Positions 9,401-17,700 of a stretch of DNA of 62,292 nt are shown here, piece after piece. Both the position numbers and the translations under genes were made by a program. Within the stretch, counting starts at the first letter, position 1; the number at the start of each line of letters is the position of its first letter. The notes beneath the pieces are model-generated. The model had not been told where the DNA came from. It saw only the letters and a program-made list of their open reading frames with translations, and did not search any database. The stretch is from a virus (Duplodnaviria; Caudoviricetes), in the IMG/VR virus record IMGVR_UViG_3300031787_000117, positions 1 to 62,292 of that record; one strand, given 5' to 3'.

Positions 9401-10643
9401 TTATGGCGAGTGGAATATTGTCGATGGTGGCGTTGAAACAATAGTGGGCGGTGATGAAAACGATACCCTTGTCGGCGGCGATGAAACATTAGTTGGCGGG
9501 GATGAAAATGACACGTTAATTGGCGGAGATGATAATGATTCTTTGGTTGGCGGTGATGAAACCTTAGAAGGCGGCAACGGCAACGATACGTTTGATGAAG
9601 ACACACTAAAAGATATTCTCGAACCTGGGGATAGCGATGATCTTGAAATACCGGATGAGTTATTAGATGGCGGTAATGGCAATGACATCCTTGAGCCAAT
9701 TACATGCCCGGAAGGGTTTGAATATGACGCTGAACTAGGCGTCTGTATGCCTATTACAGAGGAAGAACCTGATTTAGATGTTGAACAAGACGTTGAAGAA
9801 GAGGTTGAAGAAGAGGTAACGCCAACCTGCCCGCCGGGGTTTGTATACGATCCAACCACTGACTCGTGTGTGCCCGTAGAAGCAGAGCCGGAAGTAATTG
9901 AATGTGAAGAAGGGTATGTGTATGACGCTCAATTAGGCATGTGCGTGCCAGAAAGTATTGAGCCGCCCGATCCCATAGAGTGCGAAGAGGGATATGTATA
10001 CGATCCCATTACTCAAACCTGCGTTCCGGAAGTTATAGAACCGCCGGAGCCTGTTGAATGTGAGGAAGGATACGTATATGACCCAATTTCCAAAACATGC
10101 GTACCAGAAATTGTTGAGCCTCCTGAACCAATTGAGTGTGAGGAAGGGTATGTGTATGACCCTGTTTCTAAGACATGCGTTCCAGAGGTAATAGAACCGC
10201 CTGAGATTATTGAGTGCGAAGAAGGATATGTATACGATCCGGTACAAGGCATTTGTGTGCCGGAGGTTATTGAACCTCCGCCTATTGAATGTGAAGAAGG
10301 GTACGTATACGATCCTGTACAGGGTATTTGTGTTCCGGAAGTAATCCAGGTTCCGCCGGTTACGCCTGTAATTCCGCAAGAGCCGCAGCCTCCGCGGCCA
10401 CCACCCCCGCCACCGCCCCCCCCTCCACCACCGCCCCCCCCTCTTCCTCAGCGGCAGGATCAGTCCATGGATTTGTTTGGGCTGTTAGGATTGCTGGGAA
10501 TGATGCAACAATCGCAACAACAGCAGCAGCCACAGGCCCCGATGAAGCAACCAGAGCCATTTATCCCGTGGGAACAGCTTACTAGTCCATATCAGGAAAC
10601 TTCCCTGACCACCGATGATTTAATCAAAATGTTACGAGGTTGA
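6489..10643 (+). CDS. Large acidic multi-repeat virion/ejection protein (1384 aa)
   Basis: Hydrophobic Ala/Gly N-terminus, coiled coil, GFPD repeats, RTX-like GGxxND repeats, 8 Cys repeats, poly-Pro and poly-Gln. Confidence 0.75.
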   Translation: MCNPRQELSNAFNTITGWVDRGLTGIGKTFDAIAKDPLPTIATVALTAVGVPPYVTALARTAMSGGNMENYVINLATSYIATEAGAAVGDAAFPELGNVAGYGGVGDVAFQPTATQAILKTVISNASAQGAAAVLQGKDLNEVFNSALSGAVGGLINTTLRTELGVDPSKIEGRLISDATKAAVSSILNNQDPALAIGNALSQSVFGTLANTAASGLKSVVSDINKAATEFETTQSEANTLRGEIDTESTRLSGIASILNSESATLNSTQQTLANSYDLLNLSGQIYDWRSNTVHYNPAVNTAYAQRMGLVEGYSEDFGTYYVNPTTNEFVLSLGLHAKDTLEKQANYLNTNIPQFESDVTNFNTKLATFNADKIKLDDKVDTYDGYVTKLFGEDGTGGLNKTIQDLLVDRDKYLGDLDKSITGLSEIAGEEISDVAKEIATEAVNTLDQNFRTSDEVTDAFANNPLFAGYKPDAADIAKFVGEGADADLQGLINNFVDERTLDAAELADIAQKEGLTLTQDDLLALVQQGDEKELTKQFTEQFDKQAVTRDEAKEFFDDIGFEPSDEQLLQFIGKRDESSTFTDIEEFVTGQREADAQKAGFPDYATQQRFDSDIDAYKASQPRADVVPIGAPEVPLTPLTPGLGAEDFFGTQPSTEPFPYTPGEDAEEFESGDGTVVDTLTGGLGNDLLGGETDEERAAREAREAEEIIYGGTGNDTTAGGDETVEGGAGNDTVAAVEDLEGFPDAATKEQYQGNYGAYQADLARVALEEQEAVRSAEAAAEAEQLDRAKYEDLKDIFPDYDTYKFYNGDVYAYRADQQAERERLADELGFPNVDIYNLYQGNVEQFRQAQATDAGFPDYVTYLSYDGDSTAYQDDLASAEGWPDAATRDEFGGSKERYAKHLEDERALEESGRQYEIQQKQFRDQLAQERGFPDDETYQQFGGDIDAYLATLPPSFPEDTLGGGQDDTYGEWNIVDGGVETIVGGDENDTLVGGDETLVGGDENDTLIGGDDNDSLVGGDETLEGGNGNDTFDEDTLKDILEPGDSDDLEIPDELLDGGNGNDILEPITCPEGFEYDAELGVCMPITEEEPDLDVEQDVEEEVEEEVTPTCPPGFVYDPTTDSCVPVEAEPEVIECEEGYVYDAQLGMCVPESIEPPDPIECEEGYVYDPITQTCVPEVIEPPEPVECEEGYVYDPISKTCVPEIVEPPEPIECEEGYVYDPVSKTCVPEVIEPPEIIECEEGYVYDPVQGICVPEVIEPPPIECEEGYVYDPVQGICVPEVIQVPPVTPVIPQEPQPPRPPPPPPPPPPPPPPPLPQRQDQSMDLFGLLGLLGMMQQSQQQQQPQAPMKQPEPFIPWEQLTSPYQETSLTTDDLIKMLRG
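9343..9356. promoter_or_regulatory. Palindrome copy 1 (14 bp TGGCAACGTTGCCA)
   Basis: Exact palindrome within CDS, read as L-A-T-L-P. Confidence 0.7.
9705..10340 (+). repeat. Eight coding tandem repeats C(P/E)xG(F/Y)xYDxxxxxC(V/M)P
   Basis: Seen in translation; last six about 72 bp apart with synonymous divergence. Confidence 0.9.
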
Positions 10644-10644
10644 C

Positions 10645-11919
10645 ATGGATGACGAATACCAAGCGTATATGACTCAAGATTTAAATGCCGTTATGAATCT
10701 TGGGAATTTACTGGGCAATTCAGGAGAAGGCGATCCGACTGGCGGATATGGTGGTATGCCGCCAGATTACACAGTCAACGACCCAATTGGACCTGATCTG
10801 CCGATTACTAATCCGCCTCCGGCTGTTGATCCAAACGATCCGATTGGACCTGATCTGCCACCTGACAATCCTCGTGATGCGGTTGACCCTAATGATCCTT
10901 TAGTTGGTGGAACACCTCCTAAAACTGATACTCCGCCTCAAATTCCAACAGACTTAAAAAACCTTTTGAGAGGGTTGATTGTTGGCGATGACGGCAAGGC
11001 CAATCCCATGGGGTTGTTTGGGATCATGGCTTTGCTATCTATGATGCGTGGCTCTGGTGCGCCAGCCGCTGTGGGGTATCAAGGTTCAGTACCTAAATAC
11101 ACGGCAGTGCGTGAGAGAGTAAAGATGCCAGAGGATCCTAATCGGCGTCCTGGCTCAGGCGGTCGTAGGTACTTTTCAGACACTCAATATGTGCCAACGC
11201 CATCTTCTCCTACGGATACTAGCGTTCAAACAGCGCGCACTGCGGCTCAAGAACAGGCTGAAACGTTGAAGCCGGCTGTAACCAAACCCCGCGATAAGAT
11301 TACTGAAGAGCGCGATAAGCGTAATGAAGAATATTTAAGAAGGCTTGGGCTTTGGGATGACTTTACTATGGGTCCTCCTGCTGAAAAAAAAGATGTACCG
11401 ACTGTTAAAAATAGTTCGTTTGCAAATTTTTACAGTAGTCCAGAGTATGCAAGTTACGTTTCATCTGGTTTGAATCGCGTGGGCACTATGGACATGTATC
11501 AAAGTCCATACTTTGGGATGCTCAGCGGCGGCAGTTCTGGCCGCGCTTTGGATAATGCTTATAAAAGCTATCTGTCACGGACTGGAGAAACGCCTGTATT
11601 TGCTCCTAGTCGGCAAATGTTTGGTCCCGTTCAAGCGGCCCAAGGCGGATTGATGGGGCTGGCAAAAGGTCGCTATTTAAATGGCTCGACCGATGGCATG
11701 GCTGATAAAATCCCGGCTAATATTGAAGGGACTCAGCCGGCCAGACTAAGCCATGGTGAGTTTGTCATTCCGGCAGATGTTGTGTCCCATCTTGGGAATG
11801 GTAATTCTGAGTCCGGAGCGCAGCGTCTGTACGACATGATGGACCGTATTCGTAAAGCCCGGACTGGTACGACCAAGCAGGGTAAACAGATCAATCCTGA
11901 CAAATTTATGCCGAGGTAA
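10645..11919 (+). CDS. Putative internal virion / DNA ejection protein
   Basis: 424 aa low complexity, NDPIGPDLP repeats, C-terminal DGMADKIPA...ARLSHGEFVIPADVV block. Confidence 0.7.
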   Translation: MDDEYQAYMTQDLNAVMNLGNLLGNSGEGDPTGGYGGMPPDYTVNDPIGPDLPITNPPPAVDPNDPIGPDLPPDNPRDAVDPNDPLVGGTPPKTDTPPQIPTDLKNLLRGLIVGDDGKANPMGLFGIMALLSMMRGSGAPAAVGYQGSVPKYTAVRERVKMPEDPNRRPGSGGRRYFSDTQYVPTPSSPTDTSVQTARTAAQEQAETLKPAVTKPRDKITEERDKRNEEYLRRLGLWDDFTMGPPAEKKDVPTVKNSSFANFYSSPEYASYVSSGLNRVGTMDMYQSPYFGMLSGGSSGRALDNAYKSYLSRTGETPVFAPSRQMFGPVQAAQGGLMGLAKGRYLNGSTDGMADKIPANIEGTQPARLSHGEFVIPADVVSHLGNGNSESGAQRLYDMMDRIRKARTGTTKQGKQINPDKFMPR

Positions 11920-11921
11920 GC

Positions 11922-12788
11922 ATGGCTACGTCAAACGTTCCAACCAATACTGGACAACAGACCAGTACACAAACCGGTTTGGCCGAATGGGCCGGTCCTG
12001 GTATTACCAGTATGCTTGGGAAGGTCGAATCGCAGGCGGCTACTCCATACGAGGCATATACCGGTCAGTTGACTGCAGGCCCGTCAACATTACAGCAGAC
12101 GGCGTTTAGCGGGATCGGAGGACTGACGATTCCGACCGATCAGATGAAGGCGTATACACCTACGTCATTTACCGCGACTGATGCGCAGTCATATATGAAT
12201 CCGTATTTGATGGCTGCGCTTCAACCTCAGTTTGACGAAGCCACCCGTCAATCTCAGATTCAGAATCTAGCTAATCGTGCTGCTGCTACTCGAGCGGGTG
12301 GATTTGGCGGGGCACGGGGTGCGCTGATGGAATCTGAAGCGCAGCGTAACTTACAGTCGCAACTAGCCAAAATTACGGGTGAAGGATATCGCAGCGCGTT
12401 TGATAAAGCTCAAGAACAGTTTAATGTTGAGCAACAGCGTCAAATGGCTGCGACTAAACAGGCTCAAGACTATGGCCTGTCAGCGTTGCAGAAACAAGCT
12501 GAATTGGGCGGCGTACAGCGCGGGATTGAGCAAGAAGGTTTAACGGCTGACATTAAACAGTTTGAGCAGGAACGCGACTTCCCGTACAAACAGTTGGAGT
12601 GGCAACGTCAGTTCTACAAAGATCTGCCGATTTCCGCGTCAAACTACGGCTATTCACAGCCAGACTTTTTGAGCAACTTGTTTGGTACTGGGTCTGGTTT
12701 ACTTACTTTGCTTAGAGACTTGGGTGTAATTAGTGCTGCACCGACTACCACACCTCCGAGTTCCGGTACTACTCCGCCTGTCAAATAA
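11922..12788 (+). CDS. Putative DNA ejection (pilot) protein
   Basis: Gln/Ala-rich, YMNPY and AGGFGGARGAL motifs typical of podovirus ejection proteins. Confidence 0.7.
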   Translation: MATSNVPTNTGQQTSTQTGLAEWAGPGITSMLGKVESQAATPYEAYTGQLTAGPSTLQQTAFSGIGGLTIPTDQMKAYTPTSFTATDAQSYMNPYLMAALQPQFDEATRQSQIQNLANRAAATRAGGFGGARGALMESEAQRNLQSQLAKITGEGYRSAFDKAQEQFNVEQQRQMAATKQAQDYGLSALQKQAELGGVQRGIEQEGLTADIKQFEQERDFPYKQLEWQRQFYKDLPISASNYGYSQPDFLSNLFGTGSGLLTLLRDLGVISAAPTTTPPSSGTTPPVK

Positions 12789-12797
12789 GGATTGGCC

Positions 12798-14741
12798 ATG
12801 CTGAACATGGATCTTTCGCGTGTAATGGATGCGTACCGCGGGCAAGAAGACAAGTTACGCAAACGTGTCCAGCTTAGTAACGATCTATTGGAACTGATCG
12901 CGTATGAGCAGTTAACGCGAGAGAAGCGCCAACTGATGGCCGCGAAGCAGGCTCAGGCCATGCCACCTGGGGGCTTGCCTACGATCCGAGATCAGAAGGA
13001 AGAGGAAGCGTTTGAGTTAACAAAACAAGAGTTAGCTCAACAGGTTGGCAAGACGCTTCAGCAACAACAGGCTATGCGTCAGCAAGCCATGAGTCGCGGC
13101 GTGGCTGCTGCTCCTGGGGCGCAGAATGTTATGCCGCAACAGGCTATGGCGGCTGGCGGTATTGTGGCGTTTAACGGCGAAACCGGCTCAGACGTAAGAG
13201 TTCAACCGATCCCAGATAGAACGTTACCGACCATGTCTGAAGACTTGCAAGTAAAAGCTCGTCGGGAAATGGCGGAAATGGATTCAGGGCAACGAGTTGC
13301 GTTGTCGCCTGATGTTGAACGATTCTTAGCTAGAGACGTTAGTGGACGCGCCCAAAGACAGGCTGCGTTTGCTGCTCAAGAACAACAACGTGCAGTAGAG
13401 GCTGGTCGTAGTGTGGCTCGACAATATGCCCCTCCTGCGCCGTCGCGCCCTGTTCCGCAATCAACTGCTGATCTCGATGACCCGTTAAAACAGGTAGCCG
13501 CGGGCATCGCTCGACAAGAAGTTAGGGCTACTCCGGCGGCAGATCTTGAAGCGGCGTTTGCGCCGAGCGGCGCTACAATTCCTCCGCGCACACAGGATGC
13601 CGCGCCACCTCCGCCTAGAGACACAGGCGCTGCTGCTGCACCAAATCTGCGTACCCCTTCTGCCGTAGGAACTGGGATTGAAAGTGCCTTAGCCGGCGCT
13701 TTGCCGCCAAGTAACGATGCTTTGATGCGTCAACTTCAAGGTGAGATGCGCACCAGTCTTTTGAGAAGCCGTGCGTCTCGAGATCAACCACAAATGGCTG
13801 AGCTTGCTAGGCTGCGTGGGGAAGTTGAAAATCTTGGCACTACGTTTCCCAAGGAATCACCAGAAGCTCGTCGCCAAGCTGAAGCAGAGCAGGCTCGTCT
13901 GGAACAGCAGTATGCGCGGATGATGGACCCGGAGAAACAGCGGCTGGATAATCTGATTGCGTTCCTGGCTGGTGGTGCTGGCCGGCGGGGGATTGGCAGC
14001 GTACTAGGCGGAGCAGCAGAATCTGCTAATCGTGCTCGTGCGGCAAATGAAGCGTTTGGTCTGCAAGCTTTGAAAGATATGCAGGCTGGTCGTCAGGCTA
14101 TGCGTGGCCGTGACGTAGAAGAACAACGGGCCGCGTTCCAAGCTCGTCAAAGAGGTCTGGAACTTGGAGCTAAGGTCGCAGAAGTCGCTGCGCAGATTGA
14201 GTCGCAGACTGACATTGCTGATCGGAAAATTGATAGCGAATTGGCAGCAGCCGCGTTGGGTGCGTTGTCACGCTACGGTTCTGATCTTAACAAGATTAAG
14301 GCAGAGGTTCAGACTAAAGCCGCGCAGCTTGGGTATGAAATTAGTCGCGACGATCTTAACCGTATTGCTCAGATTGCTGTTGCTCAGATTGGGGCCGATG
14401 TTAGGGGACAAGCTGCGGCTGACACTTTGTTAAGTCGTACAGAAGGGGAACGAGCAAGGATTGCTGAAAGACTTTCAAGAACCGCTGCGGAAGCTCGCGA
14501 CAATCCAATGTTAAGTTCGGCTCGTGCCAAAGATCCCGCAAGGCGTAGCGCCCAAGAAAAACGGATTGTAGAAGAGTATGAAAACGCGCTGGCGAATGAT
14601 CAACAAATCTTAAACGGATTAGATAGAACAATTGCAGATTTGCGAGCACGTCAAGGGCAAACCACTCCACCACCTGCTGCCACTGGATCTGCGCGGTCCC
14701 AAGGTGTTACAGTAACTAGCGCTACTGCTCCTCCGAGGTAA
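12798..14741 (+). CDS. Putative DNA ejection protein
   Basis: Ala/Gln/Arg-rich helical protein, MAAGGIVAF motif; AAGGA RBS favours ATG 12798. Confidence 0.7.
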   Translation: MLNMDLSRVMDAYRGQEDKLRKRVQLSNDLLELIAYEQLTREKRQLMAAKQAQAMPPGGLPTIRDQKEEEAFELTKQELAQQVGKTLQQQQAMRQQAMSRGVAAAPGAQNVMPQQAMAAGGIVAFNGETGSDVRVQPIPDRTLPTMSEDLQVKARREMAEMDSGQRVALSPDVERFLARDVSGRAQRQAAFAAQEQQRAVEAGRSVARQYAPPAPSRPVPQSTADLDDPLKQVAAGIARQEVRATPAADLEAAFAPSGATIPPRTQDAAPPPPRDTGAAAAPNLRTPSAVGTGIESALAGALPPSNDALMRQLQGEMRTSLLRSRASRDQPQMAELARLRGEVENLGTTFPKESPEARRQAEAEQARLEQQYARMMDPEKQRLDNLIAFLAGGAGRRGIGSVLGGAAESANRARAANEAFGLQALKDMQAGRQAMRGRDVEEQRAAFQARQRGLELGAKVAEVAAQIESQTDIADRKIDSELAAAALGALSRYGSDLNKIKAEVQTKAAQLGYEISRDDLNRIAQIAVAQIGADVRGQAAADTLLSRTEGERARIAERLSRTAAEARDNPMLSSARAKDPARRSAQEKRIVEEYENALANDQQILNGLDRTIADLRARQGQTTPPPAATGSARSQGVTVTSATAPPR

Positions 14742-14745
14742 TCTT

Positions 14746-17700
14746 ATGCCGACCTTCCAGGTACGCGGTCCTGATGGATATACGTATTCAATTGAAGCGC
14801 CGGAAGGCACACCACAGTCAGTCTTGCAGCAGGCTATCGCAGAGCAAGGCGCGTCGGTCAGAGAAAAAGCCAAAGAACGTACCGTTGGCGAAGCCTTCCT
14901 GCGCGACCCTGGCGCTGCGCTTACCTCGGGCCTGGGGGCCTTGGTTCAGTTTCCCGCCCAGCTATATGCGCTAGGAACTGGCGACACTGAGACAGGACTA
15001 TTCCAACTTGGCGAGCGTATTAAGAAGACTGGCCAGGGGCTTAAATCGCCCGGTTTGGTAGCCCGTGAATATGAACGCGCCAGGAAGATTGAAGAGGCAG
15101 AACGAGCGGGTGGCCAACTGCCTGCGTTTGGCGTGGCATTTGGCGAAACGGTTAAAGATCCAGCGCTGATTAGTACGTTTTTAGCTGAGCAGATCCCGCA
15201 GTTAGTAGTACCGTTTGGTGCTGCAAAACTAGGTACAGCAGCGGGTGCAGCCAGAGCCGCGATGGCCGGCAGGAGTCTTCAAGAGGGTGCCGAGATTGCT
15301 GCCCGTACCGGTACCGCGGCGGCTATTGGTGCTGGCGCTATTCAGCAGGGCGCTGATGTTGGTGCTCAATCCTTTGAAGAAATGTACAAAGAACTTGTAC
15401 AACAAGGGATTGATCCTGACGTAGCCAAACAAACCGCGTTGGATCGCGCTCGAGCAGTGGGCGCGTCAGCGTTGGTGATTTCCACCCTGGCGCAGAGACT
15501 ACCGGGCGCGCGTACGATTGAACAGACGATGGCCAGAATGCCGGTGGCTAAGTCTGTACGAGAAGCTGCCGAGACCGGGGCTGGACAACGATTTATGTCC
15601 CAGCTCGAATCGACCCGCTTGGGTCGCGGCATTACTGGTTTGCTGGGTGAGTCGGCTAGTGAGATGGTCGAGGAGGTGGGTGGCAAACTTGCCAGTAACA
15701 TCGCCATGCAGACCATCAAGCCGGAGCAGTCACTTACTGCCGGGTTGGGTGCTACCGCGGCCATGGCTGCTATCGGTGGCGGTACTTTGGGTGGTGTATT
15801 TGGACTGTTACGAGGGGCTCCTGCGGCTGAGGCACCCCCGGAGGGTGGCAACGTTGCCACCCCTGGCGCTCCCCCCGCTGGTCCGGTAGCTCCTCCGTCT
15901 GGGGTCGCACCGCCTTCACCGCCTTCTGCTGGCGCGGCTGTGCAAACCATGGTCAACCAGTTGCCGGAGGATCAGCAGCGCGAGTTGTTCCGACGTTTGC
16001 AAGAAAAAGTACAGGGTACGCCGGATCAAGAACCGCAGACGCTGGGCTCTACGGAAGAGCCGGCATATCAGCTACTTAAGGCCAAGTTTGCCGCGCCTGC
16101 CGCTCCGCCTACAGGAGCGCCACCGGTTACTGCTCCGCCCACGGTCACGCCCCCGGTTGAAGAAACAAAGAAAGTGCCGGCAGAGAAGCCTACGCTCGAG
16201 CAAAGTTTACAGGCCGTGCAAGACGCTCAGCAGCAACGTGATGCTGCAACGGATGAAATTCGAGCTATTCGTGAAAAGAGTCAAACATTACTTGATGCGA
16301 AAGGGCGTATCCCTCCGGAAGGATCGGCTAAACGCGCTGAATGGGACTCTTTAAACGCGCAAGAACAGAAGTTGTTACAAGATAAGTTTGGTCCCGCTGA
16401 TCAAAAGTTTCGTACAGAAACAAAAAACTTTACCGCTTTATTTCCAGATGTTGATTTGAGATCGGAACTGCAGAAACGGCAATATGCATCTGCAGAGATT
16501 TTGTCCGCTACGCCTAGCGGAGAGAACACTGAACTGCGCTTGTTTAAGAACAAGTCAGGCATGTTTGGCGTTGGCGTCTATGACCAAGACGCTAAACAGT
16601 ACTTGCCTGAGATGACGCTGTGGCCCAATGAACAACAGGCCCGACAGCAATATGACTCGCAAGTCAGTAAGTTACCGCCGCGTCAACCGTCTTCTGGTGA
16701 AACGGTAACTCCGCAACCGCAAGCGCCGGCAGGCGTAACTGAGCCAACGCCGCCTGTTACAGCTCCAAAAGTTTATCGAGGTCAAGCAGTTGGAGCAGAA
16801 TTTAAAGGCGCGGCTGATGGCAATTTGGGTGCTGGATTTTACACCACAGAATCAGAACAAGCTGCAAAAGAATTTGCTTCTCGTCATAAAGATGGAACAG
16901 TACTTCGTGGTGAGCTTTTAGCAACACGAGTTTTGGATCTTGACAACTTAAATAAAGAAACAATTAACAAACTTCAATCTGCAATTCCACGTAATGCAGA
17001 AGGATTGGCCAAATATGGTTGGCCTGCCGATCTTTTGTCTGACAAAAACACACGAGACAACACAACTCAAGATTTGCAAAAAATTCATAATGATTTAGAT
17101 CGAGGAACTTTTAATCCAAGATCGTTATCTTATGCAATTGGAGATGTAAATGTAGATGTATTGCGCGCAATTTATGATGCTGCAGGATACGATGCAGTAT
17201 CTAGAACGGGCGGCGCATTAAAGAGTGGCACTCAATACAAAGAATATGTGACATTTGCAGAGGGTGCGCAGAAGTTTGAAACACCAACTTCGCCAAAACC
17301 AAAGGTTGTTAAACAAGAACCAAAAGTTCCGACTGTTGAAGTTTCCGAAAAGCCCAAGGTTGAGGTTGGTGCTAACAAGATCTTTACTGAAGAAGCGGCA
17401 GAAAAAGCACGTGAGTTGTTACGTCGCAAGTTAGGTGGCGGTACGGTTAGATCAGGTATTGATCCTGAGATCGTGCAAGCTGGCATTCAGTTGGCCGGCT
17501 ATCACATCGAAAAAGGTGCTCGTACGTTTGCCGCATATGCGCGGGCTATGTTGGCTGACCTTGGAGATATCGTTAAGCCGTATCTCAAGTCCTGGTACAT
17601 GGGCGTGAAGTTTGATCCCCGTGCTGCGGATCTTGAAGGGTTGGATTCTAGTGCCGCCGTCGAAGCTGCAGACGTTGACGCTATCCTGGCAGAGACAGAA

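Noticed and set aside
9900-10340. ~72-bp periodic repeats as a CRISPR array
   Set aside because: Variation is at synonymous positions inside an open frame; no unique spacers and no cas operon
6489-10643. RTX toxin / type I secretion substrate
   Set aside because: No T1SS genes; lies in the virion ejection module and the repeats are irregular
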